Assembly (NCBI RefSeq): GCF_020745735.1
Contig: NC_083443.1
Span: 19,829,006-19,893,005 of the forward strand
DNA: 64,000 nt
Reading direction: 5' to 3'
From: Hemiscyllium ocellatum
Taxonomy: Eukaryota
The notes under the pieces: generated by a model
Seen by the model: the letters and a program-made list of their open reading frames with translations, nothing else
Databases searched by the model: none
Told to the model about the DNA's origin: nothing
Program-made: the position numbers and the translations under genes
In this document: positions 37,726-51,904 of the stretch, one piece after another
Layout: each line of letters begins with the position of its first letter
Numbering within the stretch: the stretch's first letter is position 1

Positions 37726-40094
37726 GAGATATGAACAAACCTATAAAGCTTTTCAAGCTGTTTCTGTTTTTCTTTCAGGCTTCCAGCATCTGCAGTTTTT
37801 TTTTGCTTTATCTTAGTTTTATTTCAGTTCTAAGTAAACTGCTGAATAATAGACTTACCTCTTACTAATAATGCCAAAAAGATACTTGGGGTTTTTGATT
37901 CTGTTAACTATCCAAACTAGCATGTTGCTAGTTACTTCTCTGGATTGTACAAATACCTAAAAATAATGTTGCTGAACAAGCATTCAGCAGCACTGATGAA
38001 ACATGCAGCAGGTAATCACAAGGGTTAAAAAATGATATTTATTTCACAGGTAAACTTCAACAAGACTTTTAAACTGTGACAGAAGTAATTCTCAATGGTA
38101 AAATCTCAGTACAAATTTTGATTGATCTGCAATTTTAAAAGTATGTCCAATGTAAATAGAAAAAAATGTTGGATTGCAATGGAAACGGGCATATTTTACA
38201 TCATTGGCTACCAGGAAAAAGACAACTTGCTGCCAGGTTCATGTATAGCCATAGTTAATTAATTGAGGTGATGGTCAGTCATAATTATGTGTTGGAGATT
38301 AATCTTTGTCCTTTTAGCAATGGTAATTAACAAATGAATTTTTTTTTCATAAAACAAATACAATGCCATTGATAATGTACCATTTGAACATGAACAGGAG
38401 TGTCACAGTGATTCCAGCAGGGAGGACAAATTGTTGGAAGCAAAGCCATTGTACAGCCAGGAATTCTCTTATACGCATTCAATAAATGTACTGTTACCGG
38501 ATAGATTTCGATACTTTCAACCGACCTGTTCAGGTATGTTATGACACATGTGTACAGCAGGTGGGACTTAACTCACTGCAGAAACTTAACTTATACACCC
38601 ACTTGTCCCTATTATCCACCCTTTCCACAACTCAGAGACTGCACTGGTGATTGAAGCAAAGTATTTTTTTTCGCATGAGATCATACATCCCAGTTTGTTT
38701 TCAAGTTTCTTTGACCTTTTAATTGCACTGACCACTTAGCATTAATGCAACATAAGGAAGAAGTAAATGGCAATTTTTGTTTCATAAATGGGGTTTAAAA
38801 TAACAAGACTGCCAGCTTGCTGTTTGCCCATACCCCACACTATTGCTTTTTCATAGTTCTCAAGCCAGCTCTTGCCTTCTATAATACTTGTACTTTCCAT
38901 AATTACCAGTCATTCAGAATTCTTCAGTCCACAGCTTTCCTGGGTTTCCAGCACTTTGCCAATTTAAATTAAAAGTATGCCCCATGTAAATAGGAGAAAA
39001 TACTGGTTTGCAATGGAAAAGGGTATATTCTAAATCATTTGCTACCAGGAAAAAGGCAACTTTCTGCTGTTTTCATATGCCACAGAGAATTGATTTCAAG
39101 ATTCTTGATCTTGCTTTACAATCCCCTCATCTGATCTCAGCTCCTCCATTTAGATATTGCCACTCACATCTTTCTCTGCTGACACACAATTTTACTCCAC
39201 ACTCACCACTCCAATTTCAATATCATCAGTTACTGCTCTCAGAATTTTGCCCATTTTTCCTCTTGAATATTTTCCAAAAATCTTGGAACCTATTCAGACA
39301 ATTCCCTGCTTTTAATACCTCATGAAAGATCTTTATTTGATTATTCTACGAGCTATTTTTCCTTTTCCCCCTTCACTCCTGCTTAATATCCACCAAGTAA
39401 AATGTTTTCAGATGTCTTCCATGAGGTGCATTTTCCCCTTTATTCTGTTCAGTGATGCATGACTGCCAAGGCCAGCATTCACTGCCCATCTCCAAGTAGT
39501 GGCTTGCAAGTGGCTTCAGAGGGTATTTAAATCACATGTAGGCCAGACTGAATATGGACTTTCTTCCCTAAAGGGTACTAAAGAACCAGATGGGTTTTTA
39601 ATGACAATAATAATAGCTGTCACAATCATTGTTACTGAGACTAGCTTTATATTCCAACTTTTAGTAATTGAAGTAAGTATGAATCTGCAAAGAATGGAGG
39701 GATGCGAACCAAGGGTGGGCAGAAGAGATTAGTTTAATTTGACGTCATGTTTATAACAACATTGTGGGCCAAGGGCCCATTCCTGTGTTGTACTGTTCTG
39801 TGTTCTGATGCTGTGGTGGGATTTGAAGCCAGAACAGTTGCCTGGATCATTAGCCCAGTGAAAGCTCTACTATGTCAATGTCTTCACCCAATGAGATGTC
39901 TGCCATGAAGTGAAATTCTGATTGACAGGGAGTTCATAAACAAGCAACATGATTGAACTTACACTCATCATTTTAGGCACTTGAGTACTAGTTTCCTCAA
40001 CTAATAATACTTATCAATAAGAATTAAAACATGAAGTTAACAGAAGCTCTCTGAAATATAAAAGCACACAAAATCTGGAAATGGCTCAACATAA

Positions 40095-41408
40095 TTTATT
40101 CCATGTTAAAATGTACAGCGTCCTTTGAAGTGACTGGCCAGAAGGATAACTGATAAATACAAGTGTTTCTCTCACTTGTCTGTGTCCTATTTTATACATG
40201 TATCCAGCTTTTTCCTCTCAGTCCTTACAGTCACCATGTACAAGTACAAAGGCTACAAAAAGTAAGCAATATAAACAGACACAAATACTTTTTACATGCG
40301 TTTTTAAGCTTATGTTGGTCTATTCACACACTACAGTTCTAATTTTTTTTAAAATATAACTTCAATATTCTCTAAAGATAGAAAAATCTACTGATGGAAT
40401 GCCAATGAGTAGTTAAAGGTGTTATCATTGGGCCAACAGAACTGAACAGTTACTCGTAGACAGCACTTTTGTGGCTGACTGATATATTCAGGAAAAAAAA
40501 AGCTACGCTTTATATGAAACCGACAGGTACAAATATTCAGATACGCTGTTAACAGAATGTGTCTTCATTTGTCCAACAGAGTACTTTGCATTTATAAAAC
40601 AGAAAGCTGCCTCACCAAAGGAAAGAAATTAGTTACAAAAAGAAATATTTCAATTATACACTAAACATTTTTGCAAGTAACCCTTTCAAAACTGCCAAAT
40701 GAAATCAAGGTCTCGCTTTTACATTTTTTTTTACAGTCTCAGAATTAACAAAAATATAGTTTTCATTTTACTTTGAAGCTAGTAAAACCTAATAAAGGCA
40801 AAACATAACAAATGGTTTGCTGTTAAACACAACACATATTTGTTTTACTAAAGGGCACACTGTCACAAACATATTCTCCAATGATGTTCTGCTGCATGCT
40901 GAATTAGGCATCAGCTTCACAAAATCAAATATACATGTATTGTATAACAACAGAAGTCCAAGGAACAAAAGAATCCCCAGCTCCAGCCCCTGGTGTGATT
41001 TAGCTGTCTGCCATTTGGACTTTTATCTTCACTATTTTCTAACTTGCAAAATCCTTTCCAAGGGCAAATAGGCACATATAAAGTTTCTATTGCATGGCTG
41101 TACTACCTCAGTTTCCATACTTCTTTCGAAGATGTGCTCTCTCCAAGCCAAACTCAGAAAGGAAAAATACGAATGTACAAGGATGAAAACAATCCTTACC
41201 CAACTTGACTTAAAACAAAATAAATAAGGCTTCCTTCTGTCAACAGATTGAATGCAAAGTGCCACTTTTCTTCAGTATTATTTTATCATGACAGCTCAGT
41301 CAAATAGCCAGTCTTCAAAGTAGATAACCCTACAACCTGTTCTTTGTAAGTTGGATTTGATTCTAGGTATGCAAGTTTTCTTTTAGTACCTTAGATACTT
41401 GGCAAAAT
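40095..41408 (-). other. KAT6B: Probable KAT6B 3'UTR ending near AATAAA (40095-40100, - strand)
   Basis: AU-rich 1.3 kb stretch without recognisable transposon sequence after the stop. TTTATT on + at 40095. Confidence 0.55.
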
Positions 41409-43846
41409 CTACCTCCTCATATAGGAGCCATTCAAAGGCTGTTTGGATATGCCAGTATTCATGTGACTGTAGTGGGCTGGTGGCGTGTACATCATATTAC
41501 CATGTGGACTACTTTGCATTGGTTGCTGGGTATATGGCTGACTTCCCATCATGCTCATTTGCATTTGCATGGGGTACTGGGCAGTTTGATTCATGTAAGC
41601 AGGATTTCCATGGTAACCACTGTTCATCATGGACTGAGTCATCCTGTACCCATTCATAGCATTCAACGTATTCATATTCATGTTCATAGAGTTGACATTA
41701 TAAGTTGGTGCTGGCATTAGGCCCATGTTCATGCCTCGTTGCATGGTCAGAGGTCGAGGTGTGGGCTGCATGGCCACAGATGGTGAGGCACGGCTATAGA
41801 TTTGTTGCTGGTGTGCAGCAACAGGTGGTATGGACACAGACTTGGAACGTATGGCAACGTGGCCTTTGGCTGCCATTTGCGTTGGTAATCTTTGGGTATG
41901 AGGGATTCCAATATTTGGGGCTGCCATATTGTGCTGTAGAAGTGGTGAAGCCAGATTCATTGGTGGAGGGGTAAGATTAGGTGGGGGAGTCATTGTAGGT
42001 TGTGCTTGCACTCCCCCAGATATGGAATGAGGCGACTGTGGAAGTTGTACAAGGCCCGTATGTGGGGTGGTCAGGGAGACACTAGTTGCATAGGAAGTAA
42101 CAGCAGCAGAATGGTTATAAGGCAATGGATGATCCATGATTGTGTTAGTTAGCTGTTGTAATTTGGCCAGGCTGAAATTGGCAGATGGCTGTGGATAACC
42201 CCCAGTTCCAAAATCACCCTGGCCCATCCTTTCATAGATGCTGATGGTTGAGTTTCCAGTTTCTGGAATGTCTGTCATTTGTATTGCTGGTGTGAAACTG
42301 GTGGTCATGCTGCACTGTGACAGTTGTTGTTGATTGTTGCTAGGAGTTCTTTCAATTATACAATTCTGGGGAGATTTAACACTGCAGTTTGGTGGAGAGT
42401 TGATACTATTTTGCTGCATCATACTACAACTACCATTAATGTTAGTCATCTGCTGAGTCATTGCACAACTACTCTGAGTAAGGCTACTGGAAGAGATGTT
42501 ATTGTAAGAGCAACTATTCTGTGTTGAGTTGTTGCCACAAATGCTGTTTCCCATAGTTGAATCATAGCTGCTTGGGTTCTCATAGTTTTCAGTTGTACTC
42601 TCAATGCTGCCTAGGTCACTGAAGCCACTGTCCACAACCTGTTGTGAATGGTCAGAAACTGAAGGAACATCCATCATTGGACTGGTCTCCACATTCTGTA
42701 ACGATGGAGCAGAAATACCACTCTGATCGGGGCTGATCTGAGTATAATTGTTCTCAATGGGAGGTACACTGGGGCTGTTTACCGATCGAACTGATTGGCT
42801 AGGATGAGAGTGAACAGATGAAAGGGGACTGCTATGATCTGACTGATGGCAGTCATTCATTTGTGGGCTCTGTTCTGTATGAGCATAACTTTGCAGATTC
42901 CTACAGGCCTCCATAGTTTCTGCACAGTCTTGGTATGTACTCACTTGCTCACTGTTTTCTTGATCACCATTTTCTTGTGTTAGCGACTGAACAGCTTGCA
43001 CGGTTTCAGTGTCAGGTTCTACAGTTAAATTTTCCTCTCTAAATTCTGGGCTCTGCTTGCCATTGTCCGTATGATCCTGGTTATTGGTGCGATCTTCATC
43101 TGAATCTGGCATATGATCTGAATTCCTTTCATTATCAATGTTCTGATCTTCATCAGAGTCAGGCACAGGGTCGTCAATGTGATCCATCTCATCTTTTTGC
43201 TCAGTGTTATTGCTTGGAACATTTAACTCTAAGAATGGTTCTTGGCTTAGGGATTCTTCCTTAAATATTTCCTCTGGATTTTCTTTTTGTACTTCAATAC
43301 ACTCCATGTGACTGTCATCTTCATCATCTGCATCATGATCCTCATTTTGATTCACTTCCTTTTCATCCTCTTCTTCCTCATGTTCATGATTACCAGTTTC
43401 ATTCCCAGGGACATCACTGACATGATCGTGCTCCTTCTCAGATGTCTCCTCCACAGGTTCTTTCTCCTCTTTAGATATAGAGAGAGATTTACCTGTGGAT
43501 TCCGACTTCTCCTCATTTTCAAGTTCATCCTCCTCTGTTATTGCAGGAGCTACATCATTGTGCTTCTCACTTACAACTTGCTGATCAGTTGCAACTTGCG
43601 GATCAGTCACAACTTGCCTCTCCTCTGTTATGACTGGCTGGTCAGGCTCCAGGGGAGTCTCTGGTGGCGTGTACAAGTTGAGTTTAAAACCAGTTTTATT
43701 CTCGGCTTTGCGTCTCCATTTAGCTGGACCACGCTTCACTCCTTTGGGCCAACCTTTTTTGCGTTTCACAACTCTTGCTATAGGCTCACAATCAACAGAG
43801 TTTTCCTCAGTGTTCTCTTTTGAAGAAGTATCAGTATTTGCTTTAT
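41409..43846 (-). CDS. KAT6B: KAT6B (MORF) histone acetyltransferase, last coding exon (acidic and Ser/Met-rich domains)
   Basis: Contains [56 protein letters not shown] and ends LNGSYMRR*. Acceptor ttcttgcccag at 43847-43848 on the - strand, phase 1. Confidence 0.95.
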
Positions 43847-46385
43847 CTGGGCAAGAAAAAAAGAAACTTGCTTTAAGTGTTTACCGCTACCCACTTGAAC
43901 AACATTGGAGCTTAAAATATCTACAGTTTATTCTAAAGTTATAAGTTAAAATAAATAATTATTTGTAGAACTATCAAAGACATGCTCAGATAAAAGTAAA
44001 CCATAACTCTGAGGTTTTATGATTCAGATAGGAATAAACCTTTATATGCAATTTACATAAAATTGGACAGATGATTTAATTTAATAGAATAAACATTTAA
44101 CAAACATCACAATGAATTCATGATGCTTCTCCTGTAGTTAAATGTTGCATTAATTAAAGGTGGAGTGAAATAATTAAAGCAATCTCCCACTTAGTCCTCT
44201 TGAAATCTGTTTCAAAGAATCTGTACATTTTAGTTATTAATTATGTTTTATGGACACACCATGGTAAAACAAATGCTCTGCTCAGCATCCCCTACTCAGT
44301 AAAGGGAAAAAAAAAAGACTGTTCTTGTCACTAATTATTGCTGCGACACATGACTGGATGTGGGTTAAGACAAACTATGGTTTGTTGTGATTCCCTCCAT
44401 AATGGGTAGTTAGTCCGTTGACAGGTATTTGACTGAGGTATGAGAAACCTCACCAACAGATTAAAATCTGCATGATAAATGGTGGGAGGAGAAAAGAAAA
44501 CAGAAAAAATATTTTTACTCATTTGCATTAAATTATTCTGCCTGAGCTTCTGAAGGTCTTATTTTGCTGAGGTGAATACTTACATATAATTAACAGCACT
44601 GTACAAAATAACGTAGCTGCAAATTAGTATATTTTGTTAAATAGGACAAGATAAAAATAATTCAACACCAATTAGTAGTTGTTTGATTTGTTATGTGTAA
44701 GATAATGATTCTCTTTTAAGATGTACAAGTAGCCAATTATGCAAACTCTAATGTACAATATAAAATCATCCAAAAATATCATCCATCAGGAGTTGACATT
44801 GTACGAATTTCTTTATGGAAAGAATGTACAAAATCATGTGTTCAATTACAATTATTTTGTTTTCTCTGGCTAAATAACACCCATGAGTTTATTTTTGATA
44901 CATTTTGATTGCATGTCTTGTGAGTGGTTCAATCATTCTATATTCCTTGCTGAATTTAAGCTATCAAAAAAAATCTTTTGACAAAGGTATGCATTCTTCT
45001 ACTCTCTTTCCAGTCCTCAAGACTCCAGGGATCCATGCATCTGGTGTGTCTGAGGATAAAGCCCAGATAATGTCATAAAACAAGATATTTCGAACAGTAT
45101 ATATTTGGATCTGGACTGGCATAGAAACTTTCTTTCCCATTATACCATTGCTGTTTTAAACAGAACGTTTCTACTGGCCTGAAATTTGCAATAAATGCGG
45201 CTCACAAAAATTCACCCCTCAATTTTTCCTTTTCCACTGGGAAGTGCTTTGCCTCTACTTTGCACTTTCCCACACTGGCAAAACTAAGATTTAAAATTCA
45301 GATTGTGAGGAGACCATATATTTAAAAAAATAATATATCAGTGGATGCACTTTGTTCAGTTCCATCATGCACTAAAAATGCCAACATCAAACTGCTAAAG
45401 GTATATAAAAGGGAAAAATCAATGCTAGAAAGAAATGTTTTGAGGATATTTTTAAACAATATATGTGGCTGCATTTCTTGCAGTTAAACACTGCTCTCCA
45501 GATCATCATTTTAGCCATTACAAATGCCACAAATTTGTGAAATTGTAACCATTCTCAGTTACAATTCAGTCATACATGCATTTACACATTGTTAGCACAG
45601 TACAAACTTCCATACATATCTACATTGTAATCAGTATACATTATCATACATTTACATATGTTAGTACAATGCACATGGTCATACATTCAAACTATTAGCA
45701 GTGTGCACTGTCATACATTTATACATTATGAGTACAGTGTATACTGCATTTTTGTTTATACATTGTTAGTACAGTATTCACTCGGCATGTCAAGATGCAC
45801 AGAAGCCTTACACAGTGGTTTGCAGAAGACCATGGGAAGTTTTGTTGAATGTGTTACTTTGGGGTACATTGCTCTGGCAGATAAGAAAGTGGACCATCTT
45901 GTCTGAATCACTTTGGTTTATTAATTTTCATGAGTTGTTGGATTGGTGCATTTTCCTAATGGATATTGCCTGGGCACATCAAATTTAATTTCGTGGGGAC
46001 ATTTACCATTATTCAGTTCCAAGCAGACCATTTTGGCATAGCATAAATGTTTTTGAAATAAAACAGAAAATGTTGGAAAAATTCAACAGGTCTGGCAGCA
46101 TATGTGGAGACAGAAACAGAGTTGAGAAAGAGTTAATATTTTGAATCCAATATGACTTGAGTCTGATATAATAAATGGGTCTTGAAGAAGTCATTTGACT
46201 TGAAAGATTAACTCTATTCCTGTACCAACAGATGCTGCCAGACCTGTTGAGTTTCTCCAGCATTTTCTGCTTTTATTTCAGATTATCAGCATCTGCAGTA
46301 TTTTGCTTTTATCCGGTGCATATGTATTCCTCCAAATTATTGTTTGATGGACCTTTAGAATTCAAAAGGGCTCGACGTACGTACA

Positions 46386-46955
46386 CAGAGGAACCTCAAT
46401 TACCCGAACTAGATGGGCGGGCATTATTTCGTTCGGATAATGATTATTTGGTTAATCAATTCAATGCCTTTCCTCTGGGGCTTGGGAGTTTTCTATTAAG
46501 TCTGCTCTGTGTTCAGGAGACGAGACAGCAGCATGTGAGCCCCAACCCTGTCTGCCCCCACCCACTCCAATACTGCCCCCTGCGCCCCCCCCCCTCCCCA
46601 ACGGCTCCCCTGCCCCCGATATCCTCCCCCCACCCCCCGGGGCAGCTGGAGTGGATACCAACAGTAAGACTAGGTGGGGGGATTTGAATACACCCCTATG
46701 TTGAACTCCAGGGAGAAAGTGTGGGAAGAGAGAGAGAGGGCGGGTGGTCAGTCATTTGGAGACAGTGCCTGGACTGTCCAGGACCGTTCTCGGCAGTATT
46801 TCAGTGAGCCAAGATTGTTTTTAATCATTGTAAACAAAAGACGCAATCACAGTTGAAACAACTCTTTGATGTAATATTTCTATCGGGACCTCGAGATCTC
46901 TTTCGGATAATGCAATATTCAGATAATTGATATTTGGATAGTTGAGGTTCCTCTG
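46386..46955. mobile_element. Non-autonomous TIR DNA transposon (Tc1/mariner-pogo-like MITE)
   Basis: 23-bp TIRs CAGAGGAACCTCAATTACCCGAA / TTTGGATAGTTGAGGTTCCTCTG and subterminal tcggataat repeats. Confidence 0.75.
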
Positions 46956-47547
46956 CAATCAGAAAATGTGAAAAAAAAATACACGTATTATCTGCAGAGG
47001 GTTCACAGTAATATTTGACTGATATTTGTTGTCCAGATGTGGATGGAAATAGCAATGGATTATTAACAGTGAAAGATAGCCCAGTGTGTATATATAAGTT
47101 AGTATAAAGGGTGTTTTTGATTATATCAAATTTAACCCAGGTATTGTCTCTGCATTCAGCTGGTATCGATTTTCACTGGATTATTTCCTAATTTTCCAGG
47201 ACTAGATTGGATGCTGATATGTAGAATTCTACAGAGAGCTGCTTGCTGACATTGGCTAAACAATGAGACTCAAAATAATAGGTTTCTATACAGTTCAAAA
47301 ACATAATTGAAAGTTGGAATATTTTGGAAAGGTTTGCTTTAAACAATGTATTAATAAGGGACGTTTCTTCCTTCACCTTCCTCCTCATTTAAGTCCCAGA
47401 CGTCAGACATTATCTGACCTTCCCAGCTGTATCCTACAACGCCACAAGCTCCTGCAAAGCTTTCAAATTTTTTGATTAATCTAAAGTCTTTATTAATATT
47501 CCAATCATGGAGAATTATGTTAATATTTAGTCATGATAGTTTTGTAC

Positions 47548-47857
47548 CTGTATGTTGTTCTTTCTCACGAGTTTCATCTGCACTTTTGCAGAGATCGTCT
47601 CTCTCATCTGATTGATCCTTCTTTTTTAAGTCTAAGGTGGCACAGCGATGCCTGAAATAATTCTTTACTTCATCATCATTTTCATCATTCTCCTCCTCTT
47701 CACAAGTAGGTTCCAAGCAAGGCATTTGACTCTCATTGTCAGAGTTCTCAAAGGCTTCATGCAGTACCTCAGTTGTTTCAGAAATAGTCTCAGTGGTAAC
47801 ACTGCTGTTATGCCTCCGACGTTTGCGGCCCCTCTTCTTTCTGTGCATGAGTGGCCT
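47548..47857 (-). CDS. KAT6B: KAT6B penultimate coding exon
   Basis: Reads [32 protein letters not shown]... Has a ttttcag acceptor and GT donor at 47547. Length 310 nt, phase 0 to 1, which fits both neighbours. Confidence 0.93.
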
Positions 47858-48399
47858 CTGAAAAAGTAACATTAAATAAAATATCAAAATAATTTAATTT
47901 GTAGCATTTTCATATAGAAAACATGATAAGCAAAATGGCTGGGAGTTTAACCTAGACAGATTTTGCATCGCTCAGTAATGTTTAAAATGTACTTGTTCCT
48001 GCTGACAGCAAGCCTGGGGCTATTTTAGTTCCTATCCATCATTATAACATGATAGGTGTATTCCTGACTAAACTGGTCGGCAAAGACAAATTAAGTGAGT
48101 GGAAAAGCTGTGAAAAATGGAGTTTCAAGTGGAAAAGTGCAATGTCATCTCCTTTGGATCTAAGACAGATGGAATGTGATATTTTGTAAACAATGGAGGA
48201 ATATGGGAATTAGGTGGCCATACAGATACATCTGTAAAAGTTAGCTAAATTGGGAGTGGGGGGGGGTTTATAAATCAATCACAGAATCACAGCATTATTA
48301 CAACACAGGAGGTGATTCTGTCCATTGTGCCCGCATCAGGTGTCTATGCATTTTGATTTACTGTCAATCCCTTGGCTTATTATTTAAATAAAAATAATG

Positions 48400-49850
48400 A
48401 TCTAATGCCTTTTTGTATGCCTTGAATAACCCTGCCTCCACTGCATTTCCAGTGAGTGTATTCTAGATCCTAACTACTTGCTGTGTGAAAATGTGTTTTC
48501 TCACCTCTCATTTGTTCCTTTGCAAAAACACTTTAAACAACACCCTTTTGTTCTTGATTTTCTTATGAGCAGGAACTGTTTTTTCCTTATCTATTCCATC
48601 CAGACCCTTCACAATTTTGAATACCTCTGTTAGGCTTCCCCTCTCCAAGGAAACCAAACCCAATTTATTCAGTTTAATATTATAGCTTAAGTTCCTCATC
48701 CATGGAATAATTCTCACTGTTTGCCTTTTGTACTCTCTCCAATCCATTTGCTTCTTTCCTAAAAAGTATGGCGCCCAAAAGCTACATACTCCAGTCGAGA
48801 TTCAACTTGTGCTTTATAAAGGTTCAACATAACCTCCCTCTACTTGATCTCTACGCGTGAAGCCGAGAATACTGACAGCTTTCTTAACTGGTTTCTCTAC
48901 ATGTCCCGCCACTTACAATGACGTATACTCAAGTATACCCAATCTGCTACCCTTCAAGCATTGTGCCCTTTCTTTGCTACACACTGTCCTTGCTATTTGT
49001 ACCATAAGATTTTATGATAAAGGAGCAGAAGCAGACCATTCAGTCCATCAAGTCTGCTCTGCCAGTCAATGAGATCATGGCTGATCTGATTATCCTCAAC
49101 TCCACTTTCCTGTCTTTTCCTATAACTCTTACTTCCCTTTCTGATTAAACATCGGTATATCTTAGCCCTGAATATACTTAACCACCCTCTGCAGTAAGGA
49201 ATTTCATAGATTCACTACCCTCTCTGAGAAAAAAAAACCTCCCCGGCTCTGTTTTAAAGGTATGACCCCTCCCTCTGAGTTTATGCCTTCTGGCTCTTTC
49301 TCAACTCGCCAACTCCCCTAAGAATCCAAGGTCACCTCTCATTCTTCTAAATTCCAGTGAATACGGGCCCAATCTACTCAATCTCTTCTCAAAAAGACAT
49401 TCGCTCCATATGTGGTATCAGCCTAGTGAACCTTCTCTTTACCAAAATGTATATCTTCACTTCTTTGCACTGAGCTTCATCTGCCTCCTATTTGCCCACT
49501 CTGTCAACATCCTTTTGAAGCTCTTCATCGCCCTTCTCATTGTTTATAATGGTCCCAGATTTTGTATTGTCCACAAACTTTGAAGCCCTCTGTATTTCAA
49601 GATCCAGATCATTTAAAAATGATAAAAAATAAAGACCCCAGATCTATCCTTGAGCAACTCTGTTAAAAATCTTCCATCAGCCTGAAAAATACCCGTTATT
49701 CATAAGTCTTTGTTTCCTATCCCTCAGCCAATTTTGTAGCCATATTGCTGCAGTTCTTTTATTCCACAAACTATGATTTTTATCTCAAGGCTATTGTGTA
49801 GCACTGCATTCAATGCCTTTTGGACATTCATGCACACCACATCAATATTC
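48400..49850 (-). mobile_element. Old nested CR1 fragments
   Basis: ORF 48508-48747 reads LSYNIKLNKLGLVSLE...EVFKIVKGLD. Confidence 0.65.
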
Positions 49851-51904
49851 CTGGTATAAGTTGTGCTTTAAAAACTTGGTAAGACCTGATCCATTCTAAT
49901 TTAAGATTTAGGCATTACATTTCAAAAAAATATGTGTACACAGTGCAGGTTTATCACAGTGGTACAAGGGATTAGGAGGGTTAAATTGCAAATACTACTT
50001 ATATGAACTCAGATTGTATTTTCTGGAGTATGGGAGATTGAGAAATGATTTAATCAAAGTGTTAAGACAATTATCTCCAAAGATCCTTATCATTATCCCT
50101 AAAAACCCTGATCTTTACTACCAAAGATCCTTAGGCAGCACCTTCGAAGCCCATGACCATTTCCATCCAGAAGGACAAGGGCAGCAGATACATTGAAATG
50201 ACATCACCTTCAAATTTCCCTCCAAGTCATTTGGAAATATATTGCCATCCCTTCATTGTTGCTGGGTCAAAATGCTGGAATTTTCTCCCCAAGCACAATG
50301 TGGGTATACTAACAGTACATAGATTGCATCAGTTCAAGGTGGCAGCTCACCAACAACTTCTCAAGAGCATCTAGGAATGGGCAATAAACTCTGGCCCAGA
50401 CAGTTACGCCCACATCCCACAAATGAATGAAGAAAAATTAAAGCATTTGATTGGATAGGTAAAAATAAATGATTTCCACTACACTAGGAATTGAGAATGG
50501 GAAAGCGTATATCTTAAAATTAAGGTTACGTGATTTAGAATACACTCAGTCAGTCAAACATTTTTCACATAGAGAAAATCTTGAACTCCCTCAAACGCTT
50601 GTGGTTATTGATCAACATTCATGAGGCATGGATTTTTTTTCTTGAAAATAATTTTGTGCCCACCTGCAAATCATAAGAATTCAATGTTTTCCGAAATTAA
50701 AATCCATGTATCAATTTTTAGAAAGGTGAGTTTCTGAAATGCAACTTCAGAGATTTTGTTAACAAAAATTACCTTCCTTAACAAAAAAAGTGCAATGCCC
50801 AGGTCCTAATTGTTGTGAACTATACTCAGATTAACAGAAATAAAATACACCAGAGGGCAGTATTGTATTGCTTCTGGAATTCTTGAAGTCAATGTGCCAA
50901 TTCTTTTGATGGACAAAATTCAAAGAAAATTTCATTTAAATAGTGAAGCGTAAAAAACATTCAAACAAAGAATAGAGAAAAGTTATACTTTATAGTTTCT
51001 AGTGACTATGCAAAGCATTGTGTGCATGGGTGTCCAGATTTATTTGAACCAAATTTTCTTTCAAACTTCTGTGAAGTATGTTACGTTAAAGGCACTATGC
51101 AAGTTATTACTATAGTAACAATACAATCTGCAGATTATTCAGTCAACATTAGCACAGCACTGTCAATTCCTGAGTTTTTTCTTTATATTTTCACCATGTG
51201 ATAAACTGCTCCATTAATATTACTTAATACTTGAGAGAGTTAATAAAAAATATATTTTCTGGAAGAAGAGTAAATGTCTTGCAATTCTAATCAAACATTC
51301 CTGAGTAAAACATATTAGAATTAACTTCTGAAAGCAGGACGGAGTCCATGTGAATCCAAGGTGCTTTAATATAGCTAGAAATAACATTACAATCTTTTGA
51401 AACCTGAATGTGACTCCCAAAATATCTCCAAGTGTCTCACATACAAATAATTACTTTGAAGTGCAGTGATTTTGTTTTATCAGTGAAAACAGCTGCTTTT
51501 TGGCAGCCAGTAAGTTTCCATAGACAACAGAAAGATAAGCTTTCAATTAATATATTTTTGGCACTACTAGCGAAGTGAAGAATATTGCTCTGCGATTAGT
51601 GTTGTGCAATCTATGATGTGTAGCTGAATAGGTTTTAGTTTAACCTCTCACCTAAAAGAATGACACCTCTGATGCAACCACTGGAATATTTGCCAGTCTA
51701 TACGTTCAAATACACAAGCTTCTGACTCATGGCATAAAAATCCCAAAAGAGCCATGTGTTTCTTTTTGATTGAGACTCCTAAAACAATATTTGACACCAT
51801 TTTGCTTGATCAGTTTTCAATCTTAAAATCAACATTGAGGCAAGTGCAACAACATCCAATCAAATTTAGATGAATGGAAAATTAACTTCGCCATTTTAAC
51901 TTAC

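Noticed and set aside
41409-43769. 786-aa ORF as a standalone gene
   Set aside because: It starts at an internal GTG. The frame is open up to a splice acceptor at 43847, so it is the last KAT6B exon.
41399-43944. Overlapping + strand ORFs opposite KAT6B
   Set aside because: Antisense shadows of a coding exon with no recognisable domain.
45560-45790. Spaced repeats resembling a CRISPR-like array
   Set aside because: A degenerate AT-rich minisatellite (tacattgttagtaca-like unit) in a vertebrate intron, with no constant repeat/unique spacer structure.
51220-51420. WTP-containing ORF as the KAT6B MYST-end exon (LRWTP)
   Set aside because: Wrong position (downstream of the 52168 exon) and no further similarity.
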